In this document: piece by piece, positions 1 to 14,500 of the stretch | How positions within the stretch are numbered: position 1 is the stretch's first letter | Layout: each line of letters begins with the position of its first letter | Origin: Lytechinus pictus | Lineage: Eukaryota | Length of the DNA stretch: 64,000 bases | Assembly: GCF_037042905.1 (NCBI RefSeq) | Contig: NC_087251.1 | Coordinates: 24,058,001-24,122,000, forward strand | Reading direction: 5' to 3' | The notes under the pieces: model-generated | Seen by the model: the letters and a program-made list of their open reading frames with translations, nothing else | What the model was told of the DNA's origin: nothing | Database searches by the model: none | Translations under genes and position numbers: made by a program

Positions 1-2349
1 TTGAAGACTGATAGTGGAACACATGACAATGACATGAAAAGTGAAACAAAATTATACAAAAATCACAATGTTATTGGTGAAAAGGATGTCTGCTAAGAAG
101 TGTCAAACCTGGAAAACATTTGAAGGTTAAAAATTGCACCTTTCAAATATAGATCCTCTGTATTTGCATTTTGCAAGAGTACCTTTCTAAATTGCTATTT
201 GGTTCAATAAAAAAGTTGTTTTTTTTTTATTAAAAGTGAGAAAGTATCACTTAAACACATGTCTATTTGTACCATGATGGGCATTGTTTTGTTAATTTCT
301 AAATTAGTAAAGCATCATGCAATTGTTACTGCCTATTTTAATTGAGGACAGTTTTTCAAAGATAAAAATATGTAACTACTTACAAAACAGAAAATAATTT
401 GTTAAAATTCTATGCTCTATGAGTTAGCATCAGTTTAAACTCTGGATTAAACCTAAGGGATGATAATATTCAAATTAAAAAAAGAGGAATTATTCATTTC
501 TTTCCAAACTGCATCTAATATTAAAAGGTGATAGAAATGGAAGAGAAAGTTTGGATTTAGTTAGTCAAAGCTGGATGTGAATAATCTTCCTGATCAGTGT
601 CATGTCAGGGCTATCTATCTGTGGGAGTAATTGAATATTAGCCATGGCTCCCTGTGAGTGTGAGTGCGGGGGTACATCTGGACACACGTTAGAAGCAGGT
701 GCAGGACGGGGAGGCGCCCATCGAGAGAAGAAAACTAATGTTAAAGGCTCACTCATAGGCAGGGAAGTCCATTCAGATATTGCTTTCTTCAGAGAACTAC
801 TTAGAGATTGTAATTGATAGTGTTGATATATTTTGCCTTGAAGTCATATGTGAACTTTTGAAAAAAAGAGATGACTTATTGTAGATTTATTTTGATGCCG
901 GGTTTGACTGCAGATTCTTTTTATGTATAGGACGTATTTTTAATGTCTGTTACTGAAAAGGATTTTCATCTAAAAAGATATGTATCAATCAAACATGGAT
1001 TTATTGTTTACTTATTCTAGATGTAAACAGGCAATAATCACCTTTATAGTTATTTTTTTCTTTCCTCTGGAGCATACTTATTTTTTTTTAAATGAAATTT
1101 ATGGGGAGCAAAATATCATTATATATCATATCGTTAGAAATGTTCATTTCTGGTAGAAGTCAATAATTATTTTAAAGAAAGTAATTCTATAAAGACTGAT
1201 TTAAGATGGCGATGAAATTATGCTTCCTTTATTCATTGTTATTACAATACCCGAGTCTTGGTCCTTATCACAAATTACACAGTAAACCATTGTTAAATTG
1301 CATTAAGCTAGAGTGATTATTCTATTTTGATCTTTATGTTACTATACATGTCCTGTAAATCAGTATCTTGCATGCAATTGTATCCAGCTATTCCTGTACA
1401 TTTGCCACTGACTAACTGGTAAATGGATTTATTTTGCTGCTGCAGTATGAAAGCTTCTATTTTTAGTCATATTATCATGCCATGTGTGAACCAGCCGATA
1501 GGATGTAGATGGTGTTTTAGACGTGGCGGCTGAAGTTGGACGTGGTTACATTGACACCATTCTGAGATCTAAATTAAAATTTATTTCAAGAAAATTCTCT
1601 GGTACATCATAGTGACAGTAAACATCACACAAGTGTAGTAACATTTTAGAATTAATTTCCCATTTTTCTTTTGCACTTTATTTTTCTTTTGAAAAATCAT
1701 TAAATGAGATTATTTATGTGGTATTTGTTGTTCCTAATTCGCCAACATCTTACTGCATTATTGGTATTTTTTCTTGATTAAGTCAGCAAATTGTCAATAG
1801 TGTATATTTACATGTATTGACATTATTGTATGAAAATGTACAAAATCTTGCTAAGATGATTTAAAATTCTTTTGAAGTTTTATTAAATGAAGTGGTTTGG
1901 GGGTAGTTTTATACCTATGTCCAGTATATCTGTAATATGATTATATTCAGACCTCTCATTATTTCCCTCATGTGTATATTTGTTACCCCCCAAAAAAATA
2001 AAAATAAATAAACATTAATATAAATATCAGTAATAAAACAATTTTGTAATGATATCTTGTAATGAATATTTTACATTTACAACATAATATTAACTTTTTA
2101 TTGTTACTCAAACAATAGAAGTTACTAAAGTAACTCATTTAATGTTATTGCGTTAACTAATCAATTTCAGAAAGAGTGAGTAAAGAAATTTCTCTTATTT
2201 GTAATTTATTTTATGTCTTGTAAAATATGGGTATAAAAGATGTAATAAAAAAGAATGAAGACAGTAAATAAAGACATGAGATGAAGATGAAAACATGATA
2301 AGGCAAAGTAGACTGAGTTAACAATTACACATGTGTACCATATCTGCAG

Positions 2350-2514
2350 GTAACAATACGAGTTGATGAGAGTATCATGGCAACGGGGAATACAGAGGGG
2401 GACTTCATGCGTTTTACCAACAAGCGGGAGTTTCTAGTAGGGGGTGCAACTAATCCAGAACGGGTTCCGGGATACTCAGAGGTCTCACAGAACTTCAGAG
2501 GAAATCTCAGAGAT
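2350..2514 (+). CDS. NRXN: alpha-neurexin exon (LNS2 C-terminal part; first exon in window, gene continues upstream)
   Basis: tgcag|GTA...GAT|gtaagt, 165 nt, phase 0-0; VTIRVDESIMATGNTEGDF...FLVGG...NFRGNLRD matches neurexin LNS2 VTISVDG...FYVGG...NFMGCLKE. Confidence 0.93.
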
Positions 2515-2594
2515 GTAAGTGCCATTTTCAGAGTTCATTGTCTTGGTTTTGTTGATTGAGATATAAGTGCTTGTATTATTTCCATTTGAAGACA

Positions 2595-2665
2595 AAGATA
2601 AGAGAGAGAGAGAGAAAGACACACACAGAGATAAATAGAGATAGATAGATAGATAAGCAGAGATA
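2595..2665. repeat. compound (GA)n/(CA)n/(GATA)n microsatellite
   Basis: Directly visible. Confidence 0.85.
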
Positions 2666-4711
2666 AAAAGGTATCCAGCTATAAATGTCTTATGAGAGCA
2701 GAAGGGGGAGAGAGGAGGGGGCATATTGGCATAAAAATGACTATAAGGATAAAATTGTAGTTAGAAGATAAATCGTAAATCATAGAATGCGAAAGATAAT
2801 AAGGGATACCAACAAAGTTAGACAAACATACTGACTGCATGACAAACAAACTGATTTACTGAGGAGTAGGCAGAAAATTAACTTTCGAATCTTAGAAAAA
2901 AATAACCAGGAGGAATAATGACGAAGGACTTTTTACAATAGTTCTCTTTTAGAATCATTATAGTTAATGATGGTGTTCATTATTACAAAATACATTCTTT
3001 ACTTTGGTGGAAAAAAAGGATTTGATTGATTTTGACTTCTGGGTTAAACTTGGCAATTGCATAAGTGTTATAAGCACTTTGAATTTGCCAGTACTGGTCA
3101 GAAAAGCAAAGCTATTTCCCCCCTCACTGCCCCTCATCACTGCTCACCACCCCTCATTGCCCCACATTTTCCACCTGATCTAGTTGGACAATCTGGAGGC
3201 AGATTTTTTTTCTGTCTGCTTCAATTGAAAACTGACCTCAATTACTCCTTCATTTTAGAGTAAAGGATGCTCGTGATTTTTTTTTATCGTATATGAACTA
3301 GTGATTCAATTCTATTGCCCTATTTCTATCACACAATTGCAATTTTTGTAATTTTCTCAAGCTGAATTGAGATCCATGTGATGACAGTCGGCTTTCTCAC
3401 CACAGCCCTCAACCCTTCTTATTTTTTTCTCTTCACATTCTACTTATCTGTTCAAAGGTTCTTCAGAGATTTTCTGAATTTCTTTGAAAGGATAACCATA
3501 AGAAAATTAATGATTTCTGTGTTTTCTTTTCCTTGCTTGTAACATTACAATATAAAAGTATTTCAAGTATGTAGCGATAAACATGCTCTTTAAGACTTTT
3601 GTTTTAAACACCTTAATGATTATTAAGAATTTGATAATAAACATTAAAGTGATAAAATGACAAAGAGGGGCTTTGTAAAGATGCATAATTTATGTAAGAT
3701 TGTTGATTCCAGTAAAATAACAACATGGTTAATGCTATCAAGCATCGAAATTATCCACGTACAAGAATTTTCATCAAAGTCCAATTATCATCAAAGTATA
3801 TAGCTCATGAGCTACCTTTATCTAGTACAATACGAAGACAGTCCCCTTAGCTAGTGTTATCTAGAGTTTTATGAGTCATTGAACTTAAATGATATTGGGT
3901 AAATAATCATTCCATGTTATAAGACATTACACATTCATCAACGCATACAATCTTGAAGGAGACATTAAGCGAAGTTCAATAAGGAATATGATTGAAAACA
4001 AATGTCACACTGGAGGAGCATTTTAGTTTTGTATAGATTCTGTATGGAAAATGAGTCATGCAGGTATATTATATAGAAATAATCATGCAGGTATATTTCT
4101 TGATAAGATAAGAGCTATTGATAATGATATTTGCTACTGAGTAGGATTTCATATTTTTACCACAAAAAAATAGTCAATAAGTCTTGGAACACCTCTACCA
4201 AATTATTTATTACAAAATTTTGTCATTTAAGGTTATGCAATTCAATTAAGGGAGAACTCACAGAGTATATTTCGTTTATTCTCATTTCTCAATGGTTATC
4301 AAAATAGATAAATTATGTATACAGCAATATCCTCTTGCTAAGTTTATTGAAATGTGAGTTCCAGAATATGTCACTAAAATTTCAAATTACCATGAGGAAG
4401 GCTTGGTTTATTTGATAGAACCTTCCACTGTCAAATGAATAACACGCCAACAACTTGAATATAAAGAAAACAAATAAGACATAACCTTTTGGCAAATAGG
4501 ACATATTTGCAGTCTCCAGACTTCATAATCAGAACAAAATTTTATGATCAGATCCAGGGGATAATATTTACAGTTGTATATTATGTTGGGTAGGTAGTGT
4601 TGGGCATATTTCTGTTTAGTATAAATCCTGTATGAGAGTAGATGTATTCATCCACACCAAAAATGATCATTTAGTTAACTTTGCTGTGTGAAATATTGTT
4701 AATCGCATCAG

Positions 4712-4986
4712 GGTCCCATCTTACAAAGAGTTGCGATAGATCTGATCGACCCCAACTATGGAAAGCCAGCAATGCCAAAATCTAAAATGTATGTTTCTTC
4801 AAATGTTTTCTAGATAATGGTGTACGGTATATTCATGAATTCATAATTTTCTCGACAATTTGGTGTGTTCGCCTTTGTTTACAAAGGACATTTTGCAAAT
4901 TTCATGTAGAAGAAATTATGACACTGATGGATTTCCATAGAGATACGATTGATTGGATCAATCGTAACTCTTTGTAAGACAGGACC
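4712..4986. mobile_element. MITE, PIF/Harbinger-like
   Basis: ~35-bp imperfect TIRs GGTCCYRTCTTACAAAGAGTTRCGA; CAG duplicated on both flanks. Confidence 0.8.
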
Positions 4987-7146
4987 CAGATATGATAGTT
5001 ACCTTCTCAAGAAAGAAAATGAATTATTAAACTATACTTATAATACAGAATATAAAGATCCCCTTAGTTTACAATCTTGAAATATATGTTTTCATATCTA
5101 ATGAAGATTATAATGTAAGAATAATTTCCCCCATTATCCTTAAGACAAAGCATTTTTATTTTCTTGCCTTGTTTTACTTTTCCATATAGATAATAATACT
5201 TCTTTAACCTTTTGACATCTGGTGCATGTTTGAAGCCTTCAGACTTGATAATTAGACTAGAATCATGATTGGATGTAGTGGTTTGAATTCATTTTTAATT
5301 GTGTTGCGCATCTTCCCTTTGAACCATGTACTCACCTTCAACAAATGTGTTTAGCCATCTGCTTAGAGGTTAAAGGGGCATCAATCCATAAATCCATAAC
5401 TTACTTATAGAGTTTAGCATTATTTGGGCTTTAAGTTTGTAAAATTAATCATCCTGAAAAAATTTGTTGTCTGTGGCAGGGTTTCGTTTGAATAATAGAA
5501 ACTAATGAGTATGAAATAGATCAATATGTCACATCAAATAGTGAGATATGTACATGTATCTTGCTATGTCTGGGTAGAGTACTGTTACACAGGTAATAAT
5601 TTTTACTGTCATCTTTAGACACATGAATTTGAATATTTAAATACTTTAAAAAAATACATTATTTAACCCTTGGTAGTGGTGACCTAACTAAAGATAAATC
5701 AAAACAATTTGATCACATCTCCTGCTTTTTTCAGGTTCACTGTCAGTAAAATGTATTTGCATAGAAATAGGTATGTTTGTCCAATTTATTTTATTAAGAG
5801 GGAGGGAACTTTGGAACACCTTTTATTATTGATTAAATCATGTTCATTCATTTCAAACTCAGATGGTCTTAATATGTATGATTATTTTAGAGTTGATTGA
5901 TTTACTCAAGAGAGGTTGGGACAGTATTTATCATGAGATATTCTTTTTTATCTACCATTTCATGAAGAGGAAACTGTTATAATACCATCGTTCCCTCACC
6001 TTTGCTTTACTGATATTCCCTTCATGAACTTTCATAAATACATCAAGCTCGTCCATCAGGGATACTGCAATTAAGATAAAGCGGCCTTAATGCAACCAAC
6101 AAAAGATTAAAATTAAATTGGTTCCAGCACGGCTGGATCGTGACAATAGACTCTCAAATGGTGAACATTCTGTTACACCGTAGCATATCACTGCAGTATC
6201 ACAAACTGCGAGGCAATTATGCCAATGCCAACAAACAATCAGATAAATCTTTAAACTGGAATCACAATGAATCCTCTATTCCTATTGGGACCCCCTCCAT
6301 GCCTCACTTTAGCTAATCAATGATAATTAACGACTGAAATCAATATTAGTTTTTTTTCTGAATAGCGATATCTATCCTGTGAGTGTACATGATTAGTCAG
6401 TCGTTCAGGTACCCAAATTTTCCACAATTTTTTTTATTATGTGCTTTACAGGAAATAAGAAGGTCGCCTTGTGATATCCGTTCATTACATTCAGCCGCAA
6501 TCATTGTTATATTTTTTGCACTTGTAATTTTATTTTCTCAAACACAAAATATGTACAGGGTGTATCAGAAACACAAAAAACTATCTTTCATGTCCTTTTT
6601 TGAAGATGAATATAAAATCAAAGCTAATTAAAATCACATTGCTTAAAAATTCATCTTATCAGTATTCAAATGAAATTGTATTGATTATGTATGTAGGACC
6701 ATGCATCGGTGGACACCATTATTTTGTGCCAAGTTGCATAATGGTTCATGTACAGGTTTAACACAATGAACAATGAAAAATGAATGGTATTAAAACATAA
6801 AATTCATCACCACTTCCAGTATAATAATTTGTTAATTTTATCTAAGAACCTCTTGCTTCAAAAAGTAAAATTCAATTCAAACAACAATACAGTAACCTGT
6901 TTTTAAAAAAATTCGATATGGCTGTAAAAGTGAATGCATAATTGCACTGTTCATTGGCAAGAATTCACATTTATTTGCTTTTTCATTGCACTTTTAAAGT
7001 GAATCACCAGCTGGTGTTCAGTGATGCATGGTCCAAGAAACAAAATTCAAGTGTCTTTGGAATTCTGATAATTGATTCTTTCAAATTTCATGATGGATTT
7101 GATTATTCTACCACAAACAATCATATTATTTTGCTTTGCTTTATAA

Positions 7147-8388
7147 GGCGGTGCTGCACCATCCCGAGTTTGCTCAATCTCGAGATTTTAGCCCGATCGG
7201 CCTACTTCGCGATTAATCTCGAGATTCAAGAAACCCCGTCTCCACCATCGCAAGAAGAGCGATTCCTGCTCGAGCGAGGCAACAAGCCCGATATTCCGAG
7301 CATGCGCACTTTCGGATCTTGGAGTTTCAACGGCCCGCACTTTTGAATAACTTCCCGCGATATGCAAGCAATGTACTCCTTTCACTAGCACTTTCGCCGA
7401 ATTCGACCGGTGTTATGCAACAATCCTCTCAGCTCAGCGAGTGAAGAAGTGATGTATTCTTCGTTAAATATGATGGCGGAGTAGGAGGCAACGACAGAGA
7501 GAGAGAGAGGGAGAGAAGGAGGAAAGAAATGCTATTTGCTCACATTTTGCGAAGGAATAAGACGACACTGCTGTCAGTGTTGTTATTGAATATGACCATC
7601 GTCGATGAGCGCCTCCCCCTTCGGTCTGGTCTCTCCCAAAATCCATTCACTGGTGGGACACCATCGTTGCTGATTAGGCAATTGATGAACGCTATTCGCG
7701 ATAATTATTATTATTATTATTATTATTATTATTTTGGCGTCACCTGTGCCTGGGAGGCGAAAAGCGAACTGAATCACTATGACCCGCAGGTCTCTCCTCC
7801 CGATATAACTGATTGGGGGGGATGCAGGTGGACCACTACACCGGGGTTTCCCCCTACTCTTATACGAATAGTGCAGTGGGTTCTTAACGTGCAAAGGTGG
7901 TGACTCTCCTCTACACGGGGCCTCCATTTAACGTCCTATCCGAGGGACGGAGTGTTTTCCATTGTAACATAGCCTGCATCTATGAAACATGGGAGAGACG
8001 TTTACACACAACGCACTGGCTTCAGTCATCATCATCAGATAATATATATTCGCATGTATAAAGTTGACTTTCGCAAGTGTTTATGTTTTGACCAAGGCGG
8101 AAGTGGAACGCGAATTGCATTATGGACTGACGTCATGAATAAATTACCCCGAGTCTAATCTCGAGTGCGTCTGCACCTACGAATTAGCGGGATAATTCGT
8201 AAAATAGCGCGCTATTTTGCAAATAAACCCGAGTTGACTTGGGATTGCAATCTCGAGATTAATCCTACGAACTAGCGCGATAATTGCGTCTCCACTGCAA
8301 ACATATCTCGAGATTTTTCAGATCGGGATAATTTGCCGGATCAGAAATAGCGCGCTAATTTGAAAACTCGGGATGGTGCAGACGGCCC
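7147..8388. mobile_element. non-autonomous DNA transposon (Harbinger-like) carrying a nested SINE
   Basis: TIRs sharing CTGCACCATCCCGAGTTT; internal AATCTCGAGATT palindromes; CpG-rich. Confidence 0.75.
7702..8030 (-). mobile_element. 5'-truncated Deu/Nin-domain SINE with (AAT)n tail
   Basis: Minus strand reads GTCCCTCGGATAGGACGTTAAATGGAGGCCCCGTG...GCACGTTAAGAACCC...ATTCGTATAAGAGTAGGG, resembling the recalled Deu/Nin core; (TTA)n at 7704-7733. Confidence 0.65.
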
Positions 8389-11184
8389 TATATAGATACA
8401 CCCAATATAACAGATGAAGTTAACTCCCAGAGGGTTTCCGCTAGATGAGAAAGTGAGTCCCTATTAAAGTTTAATGAAAAGCACGGATATATTCTCATGA
8501 GTTCTTGTTTTGGGAATAATTTTCTTGCCATTCATTCAGGCAGATGAGATCCATTAATCAATAAAACATTATTTTGTCAGGTTTGTGATATTTTTAGTTA
8601 ATCCTGAAATTAAGAAAAGAGACAGGGCTTTTTAGAAGTTAGGAAACGATGCAGTTCCTTTATATTATGAATGGAAGGTTTTAAAAAGGTTTGTTTTGGG
8701 TCAAATTTGAAAAAAAATTACCATTTGTTTTTTACTGCTTGAGAGAAGTGGGGGCTTGTATAACAGGTAAACATGTTATATTACAACAAATTTAGAGCGA
8801 TAATATGAATTTTGGTTAAGGTAAATTACTTGAAAGGAGTATTATAACCTGATCAAAATAGTTGCAAGTTGTCAATATACTTTTGGTAATTCAGCATAAT
8901 CATTTCAAATGCAGATTAACTATTAGTACGATACAGTAGGATGTTTATTCTAAAGTTATGGCTTTTTCTGTCTCTCTCGGGACAGGTCTTTATCACCCCT
9001 CAAATAGGCAACTTCCTTAATTGAATCTGTCCTGTGTAAATCAAAAGGCTTAATCCTATAACATTAAACAATGCAAACCTTACTCTCAATTCATAGCAAG
9101 TGTCACTGAAAAGGCAGGATATTAAACGAAACAGAATTAGTCATGTAGCCAATTAAAACAACTACACATTGCTATTGACTGTTTATTAGTTAACTCTAAT
9201 GAGTTTTGGGAGAGATAATGTTGAAAGGAGAGAGAGACAATCAGTGTGATTGAGTTATTGGTTTACACAAGTATCATCACATATTGTGAAAGACCTAGAG
9301 AGACATTATCTTGAACAATATTCATACATGAGACCAAAATTGATTTTTTTTTTTTTAATGTATTATTTTTTTTTTGTTGAATTTGTTATTTATTTATTTA
9401 TTTATTCATTTATTATTCAATTAATTAATTAAATATTTTATTCATTTATTTATTTATTCATTTATTTCTTTATTTCATGTTTATTTTCATTTATTTATTT
9501 CTATTTTTGTTGGGGGGTTAAGCTAACAACTATTAGTACTTCTATTCATATTGACAGTCATTCATTATCACCACTATCACATGTGACTTCAGAACTGGAC
9601 ACCGGTATGTTTAAAATATCCATACTTACACATAGCAAGCAGACAGTGCAACTGGGGGCTTCGTTTCTCCTGAAAAACAAATTCCATGCACAGATATAAC
9701 AGTAATTGTACAATCAAATGACAACTTTTTCACTATAACTCATGAAATAGTTGTTCTCATTTAGTAAAATCATTGAATATCTATGTTGATTCAACATCAA
9801 CAAGATATTTTAATGCAGGTCTATATCTGTAAAATACAATTTTTTTTAAAAACCCATTTTAACCCAGTACGATACAATTTGTTGCATGATATTCTTCGGC
9901 ATAGCACTTAATAAGTTAAATGTAGTGAAATGGTTGATAAACCAAACAGATTGATTTATAATCAGATCTAACTACCTTCCAATTTCTCTAATGTGATTCA
10001 AATCAAATACTATAATAAAAAGGTGAATGAATAGTTGACTTAATCCATACAGGGGCAGTCATTAGTGAATTACTGTTGCTTTTTCGAGACTATAACATCC
10101 CGTTAATAACATTGATGACGCTATAGCACAGTGTGTCATGGGCATTACGGTCTTCCACTTCATGGGCCGTTAAAATGTTCTATTTTAGGATATCTTTATC
10201 CTATTGTAAGCATGGTAAGCTAGCATCATGGAGGATATTTTGAAGACCCGTTATTACATTCTTACTTGCCTGAGTCCATAGGATAATGTAAGGCATTTAA
10301 TGGAATAGATGTCTATTACATTGGTATTTCATTGGGACTATGCAAGGCAAGTGTGTTATACAAGAAACACTGTTATGAATGGACTGGTTAGTTAGTTGAT
10401 AAAGAGGCATGATACATTTAAACATATATTTGAATCCTGCATGTGCTTTCACAAAGTGATAACTGTGTTTAAAGCTAATTTTTTTCTTCAAATATTCAAA
10501 ATTAGGAAACACATGAAAGCAGATTTTTGATCCAAGTTATAATGTAAAATTCTATTTCTTTTCTTGCAGTATTGCAATTGATATTGTATCTTATATTTTT
10601 GTTGGCATATAAAACTGACTCTCCATCACTTTTTTTAAAAACGGGGATGATGCAATGAGTTTAGTAGTAATAGTTCTTTTTTTTCTTTCTCTTTACTAAA
10701 CAAAGAGAGAATAAGTACTATCATTAAGCAGATGCCGCTACGATAAAGCAAAAAAAAAAAAATGTAACAGAAAAGTGTGTACTATAAAACCTGCATAATA
10801 CATGTAATGCAACTACTTCAAATCAATTAAATTAGTTGGATCATTTTACAGAATTACTGAATCATATCTGTCTAATGGTTCAAAGAGTTAAGGGAAATAT
10901 TAGAAGTAACTGTGAAGTTCGTAAGTCAGGGAGAAGTTAAAAAGAAGGAAGCAGTTTGTGTCATCAAAATTCCTGATAAACAAAGCATCTGCTTGGTCTG
11001 GAAAATGTCATTGCTTAGGGTCATATGGGTTTGGACGAGGTTCAACTTTTAAACAAATCGTATTTTTGGAATGTTTATGTTGAAATGCCCCATTAAATTG
11101 ACTGCCCAATTATCTTCTTTGATCTTCCTTGACAATCTCATGCAATGCATCTCTCACCAACCAACAAGTAAATTCTCTAACTCC

Positions 11185-11530
11185 AACCTCCCTTCTCCCT
11201 TCACCCATCTCTCCCCCTCCCTGTCTCTCTCTCTTTCTTTCTTTCTGTCTGTCCTTCCTGTTCCCCCCCCCCCTCTGACTTGGCCATCTCATTATTTCAC
11301 TTCAGATCTCTTTACTCTCTCCTTATCTCTATTTTCTCTCCCTTTCTCTCTGTCAATTTTCCCTCTTTTACTCTCTCTCTCTTCACCCATTTTTGTTTAA
11401 TTCTTCTCTCCCTCTCTCTATCTTGGTCATCTCTTTCCCTACCTCCTTTTCTCTATATTTCTTACTCTTTCTCTATCTTATTTTCCCTCTATCCTCTTTT
11501 ACACTCTTTCTCTCTTATTTCTTCCCCTCC
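11185..11530. repeat. polypyrimidine/polypurine low-complexity tract
   Basis: ~350 nt of CT-rich sequence. Confidence 0.85.
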
Positions 11531-14500
11531 TTGTTTCAACTCTTCATATTTGTTACTGAATGGAATTCTGATGACTGTCTCTGTCTCTATGTCATCTCTG
11601 ATATCTCCTGAAGTGCTCAAAAGCCTTCTAATGTTTATCGCTCCAAGTAGCATCAAAAATAGATTGAGCTGTTTGCTATTCTACCCTTACTGAGCAAAGA
11701 TAGGCTAAAACACAGATTCAGGTTATAGGTTCAAGAGCATTCCATCTGAAGTTCATGATTTCTGAACTGCATGTGCTAAGTGGAAAATAGTTTTTAATGT
11801 TTATTGGTTTAATATTCTTTAATATGCTTAGATATTCTTTAAGTATTCTTGAAGAATATGACATACTTATTTCATATCTTCACTGACTACTCATCGGTAC
11901 TGGTGTCTACAACATGAAAAAAGCACATCTAACTCTCTGTACTTTCATCAAACATTTCCACGTTGAAATCAATCTAGTGATATTGCAAAACAAGGTGTGT
12001 TTTTCATGTGACACCTGGATACCTTCATAACGCATTGAATTCCATACCCCTGACCAGTATTTACTTTTTCTTGATGCTTTGGTCTGTCCAGGATATTGGG
12101 AGAAAACGAAGAAAAGATCTCGAGACGTGATTTGAATGGCACGTCACGGAGGAGCATTTTCAAACAAGTCGGGCGTTTAAACACAGGTGCTGAAATTCTA
12201 GGCCGTAGACTCTCCCATTCCATGAGATTCATAGCCCAAAAAGTCAATATGGCATTTGCATTTTTTGTCTCCGATGCCAAAACTGATCCGAGTTCTCCAG
12301 AGCTATGTTGCAATTGGGTCCAGCCATGCTTCTTTTATCCACACGTGCCTTGGGGCAACGGTAAATAGAGAGAGAAAGCGAGATGACCAGGAATGGATTG
12401 TCCAGAGGAGGTTTTGAGATGAAGAAGTTATTTTCTGTTTATTTTCCAAATATTTGAAGTATGGGAATTCAAGTGCTTCCCTTCAAGGCACTTTCACTGC
12501 ATGCTCATACTTTTAACCTGTAGGTGGATTGGAGTAATTTCATGCTCATCTGTTTAGGATCATTTTTTAAAATACTTTATGTACAGTATATATAGAGTTT
12601 TTAAATTTCTTTAAGTGTTTAGGTTGCTAGATGTAATGTTAAACAAACATGGGAACGCTGCCTCATGTAAATTTCTTTGTAATTTGAAGACTTAACCGGC
12701 TTTATTCGACTAAATTACCTGCAAAAATTACCTTTAAATCCAATTTTATTTTGCCATGGAAAAAATATTGTTTAAAGGAATACTACTGATAGTATCCAAC
12801 AAGTTACATTTGAATGCAAAGTAAATCAAAATTGATACTGTATTACAATGTTTATACGAAAATAAGATCCTTTTATTTGACACCTGTAATTTCCTAAAGG
12901 ATATTAAAAGATGTCCTTAATGATAATACTTCCTATTTTATGGTTTTATGACAGTTCCTTTGAAACATCTTTGAAACTTACTATTACCTAATTTCTTTAC
13001 TCAATAGAAGGATAAAAATAAAGCATCTTAATCCTTTAGTGGTTTGTTGTTGTTTTTCCAAGTGGTGCACACTTAGATTTAGGTTTCTTTTGCTGTAACG
13101 ACATTGCGACTTTTATCTCACAGATCTCCCTCACTTGGTCAAAATAGAGACTGTATTTGATAGTGTGCTTTTATAGTTGGTAAACATGATCAGGTGGTAA
13201 ATAGCATCTATAGCTTCAGGATATATACATGTTTTCTTTCTTTCAAAGTCTCCAGATGCATTTCAAGCTCTGTTCCCACTGCCAGATTTATGTGTATTCC
13301 AAATTGCTTATGCAATTTTTATTGATTTTGAAGATTATATTTCTACCGATAGCTGGCAAATGCTGTGCTGTGCACAACATTGTAAGACGTGGGACTTGTA
13401 AATTAAGAAGGGTGAATAGATTTTGATCATTCCATACCTGGAAAAATCCACATGCACAAGGTGTAATATTGACAACATGTTTAATCTCATATTAGCTTTA
13501 TTCCAGTTTTTACTAACAATGTTATCGTATTTATAATCTATTAAATAAAAATAGAACATGAATACATCTCCAAAAATCATATCAGGATGGACTTACTAAT
13601 TTATGTTTCTTTGCTTTGTAGTGCTTGCACAATTATAACACAAAATATGGTTCTTTGGAAAACTAAAGATCTAATGGGAATGGGGTTAGCTCCGAGATAA
13701 TGTAAGGTCTCACTAGTGCCTATCCTCATTCATTTCATCATTATGTTAGAATTTGTATGTTTGATGATTTTAGAGGTTTGATCACAATGAATAATATTCC
13801 TCATGCATGTGGCCTTTAATGTGGATGTGGATTTCTAATGAAGAAGAAATCTGACCTCCACTATCTTCAGTAGATATCAAACTAGTTTCAAAATTGGCTC
13901 TGATAGAATAAGATACATGCTATTGAATTCTTGTTTAGTTAATAAGTTTTATATAAATCAGAGTCAGGGGCATGTTCACACCATTCACCGGCAGTATCAT
14001 GTGTCGCCAAGTTGTCTATAGGAGACTCGACGACACTTCTCGCCTGTAAAAACATTGTAGATAGTCCGGTGTCCCAAGCTCAGCCAGTAAGAAGCCAAAA
14101 CGGTTTATGCATAGCCGCAGCTATCACCAGAGGCATTCACCACGGAAATAATATTCACTCTAGAAGAAAAAAAGCAATTGAGCATTCGTAATCAATACTG
14201 CCACCTTTATTTTTCAGGGCGTATTTTAAGGAATGTGGGTGCACCTCGATGTCCAACTGTGGTAGGGGTACATGTTTTCATTAGAAATGGAATACGGGAG
14301 ATCAATAAAAGCGCGTTTCAGGGGGTTTTGAGACATGGGACGTGGGATGGATTACGTGTGCAATATTAGCTTGTTCTTGGAACTAAGCTTCTGCCATAGG
14401 CCCCCTAGCTGGAGTAACGTTGTACTTATGCCGACGACGCGAGAAGAGGATTTTGAAGGCTTTAGACTTCATTGATGATGGTTGGCTTGGTGATTGGGTC

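Noticed and set aside
1521..1541. SS2-like 21-nt cassette (TWRLKLD)
   Set aside because: Donor C|GTGGTT and pyrimidine tract are both weak
11071..11693. Overlapping Leu/Ser/Phe-rich ORFs (also 42496-42851)
   Set aside because: Artefacts of CT-rich low-complexity sequence
11969..12368. ORFs on both strands with flanking AG/GT
   Set aside because: No recognisable domain; the + strand acceptor at 12092 gives a stop in the host phase
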